Source of the DNA: Dictyostelium discoideum
Taxonomy: Eukaryota
Direction of reading: 5' to 3'
Length of the DNA: 64,000 bases
NCBI GenBank assembly: GCA_000004695.1
Contig: CM000153.2
Coordinates: forward strand, 4,224,001 to 4,288,000
Shown here: positions 50,170 to 61,900 of the stretch, piece by piece
Layout of the letters: every line of letters begins with the position of its first letter
Numbering within the stretch: the first letter of the stretch is position 1
Position numbers and translations under genes: made by a program
The notes under the pieces: generated by a model
What the model was told of the DNA's origin: nothing
The model's input: the letters and a program-made list of their open reading frames with translations, nothing else
Databases searched by the model: none

Positions 50170-50640
50170 TGAATTAATTCGTTTTATTATTATTAACATT
50201 TCTTACTATCATTATTATCTTTATCATGGTATTCACCATTATCATCAGTTTCATTATCATCAGTTTCATTATCATCAGTTTCATTATCATCAATTTCACT
50301 ATCATCGATTTTACCATCATCAGTTTCACTGTCATCAGTTTCATTATCATATAAACGCACATTTAAGGAATTTGAAAATATTGAGAAAATTTTTACATTG
50401 TCTTAAGTTTAAGATTTTCTATTGTTGATTCTATTGGGAGAATGTGACAATCCAAAGTATCTTAAGGTAAATTATCATCAACACCATGAAATGTCAATGA
50501 AATGTTATAGTTTCCTTTTTTGAATTAGTTATTCGCATAAAGCTCACCTTTTACTTTTGGAGAATGTATAGGCAATTTTTATTTATTAATCGGATATGAA
50601 CTTTCATGAATGATTTGAAGTTTCTCTAATTCATTTTAAT
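50170..50640 (-). pseudogene. Degenerate paralogue (copy 1) of the 56420-57660 element. It carries a (TCATTATCATCAGTT)n repeat coding acidic E/T/D-rich repeats on the minus strand.
   Basis: Roughly 75-80% identity to 56.6-57.36 kb over several hundred bp (for example gaaaatattgagaaaatttttacattgtctt...tcatcaacaccatgaaatg). Minus-strand translation MKVHIRLINKNCLY... / ...GNYNISLTFHGVDDNLP*... parallels copy 2 but has multiple stops. Confidence 0.35.
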
Positions 50641-50774
50641 TAATCAAAAAAAAAAAAAAAATTTTATTTGATACTTTATTTTTAAAAGAATAAATAAAAA
50701 AAAAGATTAGATTATTATCACCATTTGATTCGTAATTAAATCAATGAATTCAATAAAAAGTGAATTGTTGAAAT

Positions 50775-50850
50775 TAATTTGAAAGAGATACAAATATTAA
50801 CTGGATTTAGTATCGAAATTAAATCTGTTGATCTATTAAATTATTAAACC
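50775..50850. repeat. Dispersed repeat family of about 75 bp, copy 1
   Basis: caaatattaactggatttagtatcgaaattaaatctgttgatctattaaattattaaa is about 85% identical to 53150-53235. Confidence 0.6.
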
Positions 50851-52055
50851 CAAATTCTTTTTTTTTTTTTTTTTTTTTTTTATAAAAATTAACACCTACT
50901 GAAAGTAAATTATATATTTAAAAAAAAAGAAAAAAAAAGAAATAAATTTTTATAAAAAAAAAAAAAAATAAAAAAAAATAACCAAATAATAAATCAATTT
51001 CTGAAAGAGATACCCATTCTAAATGGGGTTATTAATTTTTTTTTTTCTCAAATTTAATTCTTCATTTTTTTTTTTTTTAATAATCTGTAAATGGGTTTTT
51101 GTATGTTAAACTATTTTTTTTTAATATTTTTTTTAGTCTGCTATATGGTTGAATTTAACCTTAAAGAAGCACCAGATTATTTGATTTGATGGCACTTCTT
51201 TTCTTTGGTATTTAACTTAAATGTTAATTATAATTTTAATTTTTTTTTAATTTTATTGAAATATTAAAAAGTGTAAAAAATTTGAATTCAACATTTATCT
51301 TTAAAAATTGTCTCGGAATTTTACCTGATACAACACTTTTATTATCATGGCCATTTTTGTAAATGAAATTTTTTTTAATTTTTTAATTTTTTTTTTTTTT
51401 TTTGCCGAAATTGGTTTATTTTAATTAAAAGGGGTTAATTTTAGATTTCTTTTAAATTTAAAAGTAAATAAAATTCAATTAAATTACTATTTAGTATTTT
51501 TAAAATAAACTGTCATTTAAGATAGTTATAGATTTTAATAAAAAAATAACAATAAAAAAAAAAATATAAAAAAAAAATGAATTTAGAAGAGGAGCTACTT
51601 TTTTTAGAGCCACCACCAATAGCCAGTAATAATAATAATAATAGTGGCAGACAATAAAATATATAAGAGATTTGTTCCGCAACTATATTTAAAACAAAAA
51701 TTGATCCAAAAACCATTTTAAATTTAAATCAATATTTAACTCTATCCATTAAAACAATAAGTTCATCAATTGAAACAAATAATAAATTAAGTAAAGATCA
51801 AAAAAGAATTAATGAACACCAAAATAATCAAAAACTAATAAGTGATATTAATAATAATAATAATAATGACAATAAAAATAAACTCTATAGATTTTATAAA
51901 TAGTAGACATTTAAATTTATTACAATCATATTAATAATAATAATAATTATAATAAAATAAACTCTATAGATTTAATTAATAGTAGACATTTAAATTTATT
52001 ACAACCATTCCCATTGCCAACAGTGAATAATGATCAAAATAATAATAATCAAAAA

Positions 52056-52111
<56 letters not shown>

Positions 52112-53149
52112 TAATAATAATAATTAAAATAATAATAATAATAAAAATAATAATAAAAATAATAATAATAATAAAAATAAAAATAATAAAAATCCAAATA
52201 ATAAAAATAATAAAAATTTTAAATATATATATTTAAATTAAATTTATAAATATTTTTTTTTTTATTTTTCAACACAACATTTGATTCAACTTTAATTTCA
52301 CATTTACATTTTCTTTTTTTTTTTTACAAGGTAAATTTATAACAAAAAAGTAAAAGAAAAAAGTATGAGTATGGGTATACCCAGAACGACCAACAGAATC
52401 AATAGCGGAACAAACTTTTTGTTTTAGTTTACATCGACCATAGCATAACGAATGTCGAACTCTGGTGGATTATTAAAGATATGGGCCAATGGATGTCTTG
52501 CAGGGTATACGTTGATACAACTGACTTGGATACGATCAGTTTTCTCCTAACAAATCCAATGATAGATTGCGAAGTTTAAAATTTATTCTTCAAATAAACC
52601 ATATGGTTAAAAAGATTGTTACAGATTTACCACCTGTGATAACAATGGGTTGCATCAACCAACTTCAGAGCGTAGATTTCATGAATTCTCTAGGGTGGCT
52701 TGTTGAGATTTTGTCTCATTTTCTTTTTCCGAGACACCATTTACTGGATAGATTTGAAGGGTAAGAATTGATTCATGAGCTGCAATTGTTTCGATTGTGA
52801 TGCTGGTGATTTGATGTTGTAGTTGATGTTGCATTTGGTGCTGGTGATAATTTGAATGATTACTTGAGAATGGATTTAAAAAATTGAATAATTATTGAGT
52901 AAAAAGAGAATGTAAATGAAAATGAAAAAAAAAAAAAAAAAAAAAAATTTAGTAAATAATCAATCTAATTCGATTTTACATTGATTGAATTAAAATAGAT
53001 TTTATAGTTGTTATCTTACATAGATTTGAATATTTGTGAAAATATCTGTAAATATAAGAAAATCATTATTTTCAAACATTTACCACTGAAATAAAAGGTT
53101 TCAAGTTTTTAATTCTACATTTTACTGGTCCACCTCTTTAAACTTTCAA

Positions 53150-53235
53150 ATTTTTTGTTTTAAGATAAATTCAAATATTAACTGGATGTGGTATTGAAAT
53201 TAACTCTGTTGATCATTTTAAATTATTAAATAAAA
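53150..53235. repeat. Dispersed repeat family of about 75 bp, copy 2
   Basis: caaatattaactggatgtggtattgaaattaactctgttgatcattttaaattattaaa, in the same orientation as copy 1. Confidence 0.6.
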
Positions 53236-53479
53236 ATTCTTTAATAAAAAACACTGCAACCAAATATCAATATGTTTATTTTAATTTTTATATTATGGTT
53301 TTTATTTTTATATTTTTTTTATTTTTTATTTTTTAATTATATTTATTTATTTATGTATTTTTTTTTTTAATCTGTTTTTAAACGGCTTGATAAATATGAA
53401 TTATTTTTATTAAACGTTGGTTAAAACAGAATTAGAATGAGAAAAGTCACCTGAAACAAATAGAACTTTATCAAATCCA

Positions 53480-53710
53480 TAATTTTCCACTATTAAAGAA
53501 ATTGTGTGCCTTATTATAATTATTATAATTGTTATTATTTTTTTTCTAATTTGTTACCTGCAACTTAGGTACCATCTTTTGAAAAAGTGCGGTTATGGCC
53601 TTACCTTAGGAACATTGAATCAAGATAAGTGTGCCCAAACAGGAATATCAGTAGCCCCTAAAAGAGCAGCTGATGCGAAACTAGCACCAAGTTAGTTGTT
53701 ATCTATTAAT
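53480..53710 (-). pseudogene. Profilin-II pseudogene fragment: a duplicated 5' part of proB exon 2 plus the adjoining intron 3' end
   Basis: About 80% identity to 54410-54590, including the ttaattaatagataacaac intron/exon junction. The minus-strand translation NN*LGASFASAALLGATDIPVWAHLS*FNV... versus intact proB NNLLGAGFASAALLGAADGSVWAHSAGFNV shows stops and substitutions. Confidence 0.55.
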
Positions 53711-54215
53711 TAAATAATCATTTGATTTAAAAAAAAAAAAAATAATTAAATTCTCACCCCCATTAATAAATTTTTTTTTTTTTTTTAATCTTGAATATTT
53801 AATTTCTCAATCTAATTCTTTTTTCACCAACATTTGATAAAAATAATTCACATTTATCAAACCGATTAAAAACTGATAAAAAAAAAACATATTTACCCAA
53901 AAACTAATTAAAATATAAATCAATATTTATTTCTGGAAATTAAGTTATTAAAAAAAAATCAATTAACAAAAAAAAAAAAAACAACCACACAATCAAAAAC
54001 TATAAAAAAAAAATCTTTACGATAAATCAAACTAAATATGTCAACACCTAATTAACAATCAACATGAACTTTTCAATGTTTGTGGGTTCTAGTTTTTCTT
54101 TGTTTATTTTTAGAAAAAAAAAATATATTTTATATATATATATAGAGTTACAACATTTTTTTATTATTATTTTATATATTATTTTACGTTATTTATTTTT
54201 GAAAAGAATACTAAT

Positions 54216-54708
54216 TTAACAGTTGTTGTCAATTAAATAATCGGCTAATTTTTCAGCAATGTTAGCAGCAGCACCTGGTTGTAATTTGTCATCATAGACA
54301 GCAACGATGATACAAGTTAAGGTTTTAACGCAAACAACACCACCAGCACCTAATTTACCGTAAGCAGATCTGGTGTCACTTTTGATGGCCATATATTTCT
54401 TACCAGCAACGTGGATGCCAGTTGCGAATGCAGCTCCATCCTTTTGAAAAAGTGCGGTTATTGCCTTACCTTCAGCGACATTGAATCCAGCTGAGTGTGC
54501 CCAAACACTACCGTCAGCAGCACCTAAAAGAGCAGCTGATGCGAAACCAGCACCAAGTAAGTTGTTATCTATTAATTAAATAATCATTCGATTTAAAAAA
54601 AAAAAAAAATTAATAAAGTTGAACATCACCAACAATATATTGTGTGGAAATTAAGAAAATGAGGAAAGAAAAAAATTAACACCTACCGACGTATGCTTGC
54701 CAAGTCAT
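54216..54708 (-). CDS. proB: Profilin II, 124 aa. Exons: complement(54216..54568, 54687..54708).
   Basis: Exon 1 MTWQAYV, donor G|GTAGGT, phase 1. The 118-nt intron ends ...aattaatag|. Exon 2 DNNLLGAGFASAALLGAADGSVWAHSAGFNVAEGKAITALFQKDGAAFATGIHVAGKKYMAIKSDTRSAYGKLGAGGVVCVKTLTCIIVAVYDDKLQPGAAANIAEKLADYLIDNNC* is a full-length match to the known Dictyostelium profilin II. This exon is distinctly GC-richer, with codon bias typical of a highly expressed gene. Confidence 0.9.
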
Positions 54709-54904
54709 TGTATATTATATATTTATTAAGAGTTTTGAGTGTATGAAAATGATTTGGAGAAAAAAAAAATATTAAATTTTTATACTCGCCCACCCTTAAA
54801 AAAATTTTTTTTTTTTTTTTAATTTTTTTTTTTTTAGTTTTTTTCATAATTTTGGACACCCAATTAAAAACCCACCATACTTTGGGTTTTTTTTTTTTTT
54901 TTCT

Positions 54905-54935
<31 letters not shown>

Positions 54936-55822
54936 AAAAATATATTATTTCTCAACAATCTAGATTAATCGAATTTCATTTATTTTCGTCTGCTAAATTT
55001 TTGTGCCACCATTGGGATAAAAGAAAAAAAAAAAATATATAGTTCATATTTACCAAACTGTTTGGTAGTTTAAAAACTGATAAAAAAAAATAAAATAATT
55101 ATTAAGGTTTAACATAAAAAAAAAAAAAAAAAAACATTATTTATATAATCAAATTAATAATATGAGTAACTCATTTCTACTTTTATTATTTAATATATAG
55201 TAATTTTATTAGTTATTTTATGTATTTGAAAATTCATGTATTTGTTTATTTGTCATGTGATAAATTTTTTTTTTTTTTTCTAAATTTCAAATAAAAAAAT
55301 GGTTTAGTTTTTGGTCATATGAAATTCTTTATTTGAAAAAAAAAAAAAATATCTTTATTTTTGTTTTAATTATTTTTTTTATATTTTATTTTTTTTTTTT
55401 TTTGTATTGATTGGATATTTTTGATTTTCAAATAAATTCCTTTTCTTCAAAAAAAAAAATAAAAAAAATAATTTTAAAAAAACTATATTTGCAGAAAATA
55501 TAAATTAAAATGTGAGCATGAGGTCGAGTGTTGAGTTGAATCATATATATCTCAGGAAAATTAATTCTAATTAGCCTTTTTGTTATATTAATATTAAAAT
55601 TAAAAAAATAAATTATAATTATAAAATTAACAATCATGAAAAAAAAAAGTTTATGTTCATCATTATTGATAATATCATATGTTGAACAATAAAAAGTAAC
55701 ATCACCAAATAATCTGGTTCTTCTTTATAGTTGACCCCAACCATCTTTAGGTGGCTATTAAAAATGTTTAGATAAAAATAAAAATAAAAAAATAAAAAAT
55801 TTAAAAAAAGGTAATAATATGA

Positions 55823-55860
<38 letters not shown>

Positions 55861-56319
55861 AAAAATGTAAACGTATATGTGAATTCAAAGTTGAGTCAAA
55901 TGTTGAGTAGATATATGTAACTCAAATTTTTCACCCTTTGAACTAAAATAAAATTATTAAACCAAAATTAAATATATAATAAAAATAAATACATATTAGA
56001 TATTGTTTTTTGATTTTCTTTCAAATAAAAGCGATATTGTAATAATTATATAAAAGTAATGAGAGGGAAAAAAAAAAAAAAAAATATTTTAAAAATATTT
56101 TAAAAAATTTAATTTAAAATATATAATTTTTTTTATTTTTGTTATTATTTGGATTATTATTATTAATTATACATTTGGTTGGAGATGTTGGTACTGTTAG
56201 ATTTTTTTTTTTTTTAGATATTTGGCAGTTGGTTTTGTTGTTGTATCTTTTTTTTGAGGTTGTTTAACTAATGAACTCTTTGAAGATGGTTTTAATTTAT
56301 TTGCAATTTTCTTTTGTTG

Positions 56320-56392
<73 letters not shown>

Positions 56393-56419
56393 TGTTACTG
56401 GAGATGTTGATATTAGATT

Positions 56420-56536
56420 TTATTTTTTTTTACATGATTTGGTAGTTGATTTTGTTGTTGTATCTTTTTTTGATGATGGTTTTAGTTTTTTTAATTTTTT
56501 TTGATTATCTTCTTGTGATGATTTTCTTTTGTTTGA

Positions 56537-56592
<56 letters not shown>

Positions 56593-57660
56593 ACATTTCT
56601 TCATCGGTTTCTTCTTCACTATCGTTATTATCTTTATCATCAGTTTCGCTATGATCAGTTTCACCATGATCAGTTTCACTATGATCAGTTTCACTATGAT
56701 CAGTTTCACTATGATCAGTTTCACTATGATCAGTTTCACCATGATCAGTTTCAAAATCATTTTCATCAAAAATAAAACTATTTGAATTTAATGTATTACT
56801 AAAACCATCATTATCTATATTTGAATTATTAAAACCATCATCATTATTATTACAACCACTTCTTTCCAATTGATTGTATTGATCCAAAATATCAAAATTA
56901 AGTTGGTGTATTTCTTTTCAATATCTTTAATAATACTCAAACAAACATTTGGGTTTGAATCACCACAAGATATATCAGAAAAAGGTAATGGATCATATAC
57001 GCGATGGTTAGAGGCATTTGAAAATATTGAGACAATTTTTACATTGTCTTTGGTGTAAGACTTTCTATTGTTAATTCGGTCGAGAGAATGTGTCAATCTA
57101 AGTATCTAAATGGTAACTTATCATCAACACCATGAAATGCCATTGGAATGTTATAATTTCCACATTTGAATTGGTTATTCACACAAAATTCAATATATTC
57201 GTCAACTGTTAAGGTTGGATCCTCTAGTTTTGGAACATGTGGAGGTGAATTTTGATTAATTAATTGAATATGATATTTCATGTCTGATTTGATTGTATAA
57301 AATTTGGATGTAGATTCTGGTTGTGGGAAATTGTGGTAAGGAATGGAAGAGCACAAATAAAGGAGATATTGTGACCATTTTCAAAATAACCATGAAATTT
57401 GACCAATTTTGTTGGATCACAAATGGATCTTGATGAATTCAATTGACTTCTAATCAATATTGTATTTTCTTCATTGTACTCTTTGATATTTGGATCAACT
57501 CTTTCAAGGGAAGCGCGATTATTTGACCAATAATTTAATGAGAATTGCCACCACTATAAAAACAAGTTCTACCTGATTGATTCCAAATCCTTTCAAAAAA
57601 ATCTCTATCAATTTTATTGGCTTTTTTGTGACCTGTTGTACCACACCTCTATTGTAAAAA
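56420..57660 (-). pseudogene. Multiply frame-disrupted gene remnant (copy 2, the more intact one) with a C-terminal (ETDHS)n acidic repeat. Unknown family.
   Basis: Minus-strand pieces lie in three different frames separated by stops: RCGTTGHKKANKIDRDFFERIWNQSGRTCFYSGGNSH* / LNYWSNNRASLERVDPNIKEY...FHGYFENGHNISF...* / MKYHIQLINQNSPPHVPKLEDPTLTVDEYIEFCVNNQFKCGNYNIPMAFHGVDDKLPFRYLD* / ...NASNHRVYDPLPFSDISCGDSNPNVC... / DENDFETDHGETDHS(ETDHS)5.... No consistent GT..AG introns reconcile them. Possible upstream exon fragments with GTAAGT and GTATGT donors lie at 57840-58340. Confidence 0.35.
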
Positions 57661-57915
57661 CATAATTTATAATATTTTAAATCATAACTAAAAAATAAAT
57701 GAATTTTTTGAAAAAAAAAAAAAAATTAATAAATTAATAATTTTAGTATATATTAATTATTGTTATTACAACAACAACTATTATTTAGTGTTATTAAAAT
57801 AAATAAAATAAAAATATATCAATTTTAATATTTTTACATACCAAGATTCAAGTAAATTTGTTTTTAAAACTTCATCTCTTGTTACAATTCTATTTAATTT
57901 AAATTTTACTTTTTT

Positions 57916-57959
<44 letters not shown>

Positions 57960-58827
57960 AGCAAGTAATCTATATTACATTGATTTAATTTATAAATTTG
58001 ATTTTATAAATAAGAAATAACTTACAAAATTTCAATAAAATATCAATTCCTCTAGAAATGATTCTTTTTTCATAAAATTCTAAAATTAATTTTTTAAAAT
58101 CATTGGAACTTTTATTTGATAGGTATTCTTTTTTTTTTTCAATATTCTTAAAATATAATGCTTTACCACTTCGATCATTATCAGAAATTGATACTAAATT
58201 TTTTGTAATATTATTTTTTAAACATCTTCTTAAAAGTTCAAAAGGTTTATCATATTCAAATCGTGGATATATTTGAATATTTGTGTAAATAAATAGTTTT
58301 TGGTTAATAGAATTTTTATTTGAAAAAAAAAAAAAATAAAAAGAAATTTTTTTTTTTTATTTTTTTTTTATTTTTGTTTAAGAGTAGTTAATTTTTTTTT
58401 ATTTTTTTTATTTTAAATTCTTAAAATATATTTTTATCTATTTTTTTTTGATTAGATATTTTGATCTTCAAATAAAACACAAAAAAAAAATATTTATTAA
58501 ATAATGGATATTAAAAAAAGGAACTTTGGGGAAAAAGTTGAGTTAATTTGGAAAGATATATGATTAGATTTTTATTTAACAAAATATGAAGTTTTATTCA
58601 ATTTCTTTATTAAATATTTAAGCGATATTTTTTTTTTTTTTTTTTGATATTTTGGATATTTTGAAAAATTAAAATATTCAAATGTTATCATATTTCCCTT
58701 AAAAAAAAAAGGATTTTTAAAAAATGTGGGTTGTTTATTATTTGAAAATAATAATATCAAAAGATATTTTAAATTATTTTTTTTATTTTTTTTTTTTTTT
58801 TTCTGGAACCCAAAATCAATTTAAAAC

Positions 58828-58875
<48 letters not shown>

Positions 58876-58915
58876 CTAAAAAAAATCAAAATAAAAAAAA
58901 ATATAAAAATAAAAT

Positions 58916-60908
58916 ATGAAACCAATAGTATTATTAATTTTAATTATAAATTTATTATTGGTTATAAATTTAGTTAAAAGTGATGAAAGTTGTTATTTAT
59001 TAAAACAATCATTATTATTTTATAAAGCTCAAAGAGCAGGTAGATTACCAGATAATGATATTCCATGGAGAGGTAATTCAGTATTAAATGATAAGAGTGC
59101 AGGTTCATCAGTTGATTCAAATGGTGATGGAGATTTATCAAAAGGTTATTTCGATGCTGGTGATGGTGTTAAATTTAACTTTCCAATGGCTTATTCAATG
59201 ACAATGTTGGGTTGGTCCTATTTAGAATATTCTGGAAATATTGAAAAATGTGGTTTAGCTTCACTTTATAAAGAAGTTTTAAAATGGGGTACAGATTTCT
59301 TAATTGCATCACACACATCTGATAATGTTTTTGTAGTTCAAGTTGGTAATGGAGATGTTGATCATTCAGTTTGGCAACCACCAGAAGATATAAACTATGT
59401 CCGTCAAATTTATACCATTGATCCAAGTAATCCAGGTACTGATATTGCAATGGAAGCAGCATCAGCATTGTCAGCAGCATCATTAGTATTTAAAACAAGC
59501 GATCCTACCTATTCAGCCAAATGTTTACAACATGCTCAAAAATTGTATTCATTTGCAATTACATCACAAATGAAAGTTTGTACTGCTTCCAATTTTTACC
59601 AATCATCAGGTTATTGGGATGAAGTTACCTGAGGAAGTATTTGGTTATTCAAGGCAACAAATAATCAAACCTATATGAATAATGCTGCTTTATATTATAC
59701 CTATGATAATACTAGATATGCAAATGAATTTAGTTGGGATAATAAAGGTGTTGGTGCAATGTTATTATTATATCAATTAACAGGTGAATTAAAATATAAA
59801 GATAATTTAGAAGCTGCATTTAATGTTTGGCAACCAGGTAGTACATCAAATGTTATTACATATACAAAAGGTGGTTTAGCTGTAAGAATTTTTTTTTTTT
59901 TAAAAAAACTTATTAATTTACAAAAAAATTTACTAGAATACTAAAACTTTTTTTTTTTTTTTTTATTTTTAAAAAATTAAGTGGTTACGTGAATGGGGTC
60001 CATGCCGTTATTCATTAGTAATGGGATTCCTTCAATCTGTTTATTCAATAAAAAATGGAGGTGATTCAAAATATAATACATTTTATAAAAGTCAATTATC
60101 ATATGTTGTAGGTAATAATACCAATAAGCAATCATTTATTACAGGTTATGGATCAAAAGCACCAAAAAATCCACATCATCGTGCTGCTCATCATTCAACA
60201 ACTAAAGGTAAATTATTAAAATATTAATAATTCTTTTCCAATTCTATAGAGTTAATTTTTTTAATTTTATTAATATTTTTAATTTTTTTTTTTAACATCA
60301 TCAAAGATATCAATAATCCAGTAAATAATACATATCAATTACCAGGAGCTTTAGTTGGAGGACCAGGAAAAAATGATGAATGGTCAGATGATAGATCAAA
60401 CTATGTAACAAATGAAGTTGCATTGGATTATAATGTTGGCCTTGTTGGATCACTCTCTGCATTTGCAACTGGTTCCGAAGCAACCTCATCTTCAACTGGT
60501 TCAACAACCCCATCAACCACTTCAACACAATCAACAACTGGTTCAACCACTACTTCACAACCAACAACTGGTTCTACTACTGCATCTCAATCTACAACTA
60601 GTTCAACTACTGGAACTCAATCAACAACATCAAAGACAACAGCTTCCACTACAGGTTCTCAATCAACAACTACATCTACTACGTCTCAATCAACAACTAG
60701 TTCATCTCAATCAACAACAACATCAAAGACAACAGCTTCCACTACAGGTTCTCAATCTACAACTACATCTCAGTCCACAACAACTTCAAAACTTGGTGAA
60801 TCAGAATCTGATGATCATCTTGGTGACTCTGTTTCCTCATTCATTGGAAGAGCTGATTCAGTTTTGTTAATATTACTTTCATTAATTTCTTTGATTTTTA
60901 ATCTTTAG
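58916..60908 (+). CDS. Glycoside hydrolase family 9 endoglucanase (cellulase) with a signal peptide, a Ser/Thr-rich linker and a C-terminal hydrophobic tail. Contains an in-frame TGA at 59630-59632. Exons: 58916..59881, 59982..60207, 60307..60908.
   Basis: GH9 signatures are present: [51 protein letters not shown], ...TKGGLA|[11 protein letters not shown] (phase-0 GTAAGA intron), HHRAAHHS, ...[39 protein letters not shown]. Donors GTAAGA at 59882 and G|GTAAAT at 60208 (phase 1). The TGA falls in YWDEVT-*-GSIWLF, exactly where GH9 enzymes have the conserved Trp of DELLWAAAWL. Confidence 0.8.
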
Positions 60909-61651
60909 AAAAAAAATTTTGTAACAATACATTGAAAATAATAATAATAAAAAAAAAAACATATTTATTAATTTTGGTTTTATCTAAACCTAATATTTTA
61001 TTTGTTTTTTTTTTTTTAATTTTATTTAATTCTTATTTTTTTATTTTATTATTCCCTAAAGAGAACAATTCAAAGTTTTTTTTTTAACTTTATTTAATTT
61101 TTTTTTTTTTTTTTAAAAATAAAAATTAATAATTAATTTATAGATTATGATTTTTTCTATTTATTATAAAATGAAAGTTTAAAAAAATAAGCGAAGTATG
61201 CCCAAATTTTTTTTTTTTTTTTTAATTTTATTTTTAATATAATCATTCTGTTTTTTTTATTCTTATTTTAAAAATGATTTAAAAAAAAAGACAAAAAAAA
61301 AAAAGATTTAATTATTTATCATTTTTTATTTTGAAAAATGACGAGAGGGATAGGGGAATACAATAAAAAAATAGATATCAAAAAAAATGATAAGAATTTT
61401 TTTTTTTAGAATTTAATTATTTAACTAAAAAAAATTTGGAAAACAGAACCATTGAATCTTTTTTTATTTTTACATTCATTTTTTTTATATTTTATATCAT
61501 TTTTAATGTTCTATTTTTATATAATAATCCAATTAAAAGATTTTTTTTTTTTTTTTTTTAACAAATTTGGATGTTTCTTTTATTAGTTTTAAAAAAAAAA
61601 AATAAAATAAAATATTAAAATAAAATAAAGATAAAATAATAAAAAAGAAAA

Positions 61652-61682
<31 letters not shown>

Positions 61683-61900
61683 TCTAAAAATTTCGTACTC
61701 ATTCCGGAGTGCTCGACTTTCGATCTTCATGACACACCCGAATTTATTTTTATTTTTATTTTTTTTTTTTAAAAGTTTATTTTTTTAATTTTTTATTTTT
61801 TATTTTTTTTTTTTTTTTTTGTTTTAAATTAAATTTTAATTTCAATTCATTTTTTTTTTTTAACAAATAAAACAATTATTAAAATAAAAATAAATATAAA

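Noticed and set aside
52567-52764. 65-aa ORF inside the GC-richer 52.3-52.9 kb island
   Set aside because: Too short, with no start context or homology. The island is better treated as a possible non-coding or foreign segment.
57840-58340. Possible upstream exons (…PRFEYDKPFELLRRCLKNN…GIDILLKF + GTAAGT, …IVTRDEVLKTNLLESW + GTATGT) of the 56.4-57.7 kb remnant
   Set aside because: I could not join them in frame to each other or to the downstream pieces. There is no ATG or acceptor for the first one. They are reported only as part of the pseudogene hypothesis.
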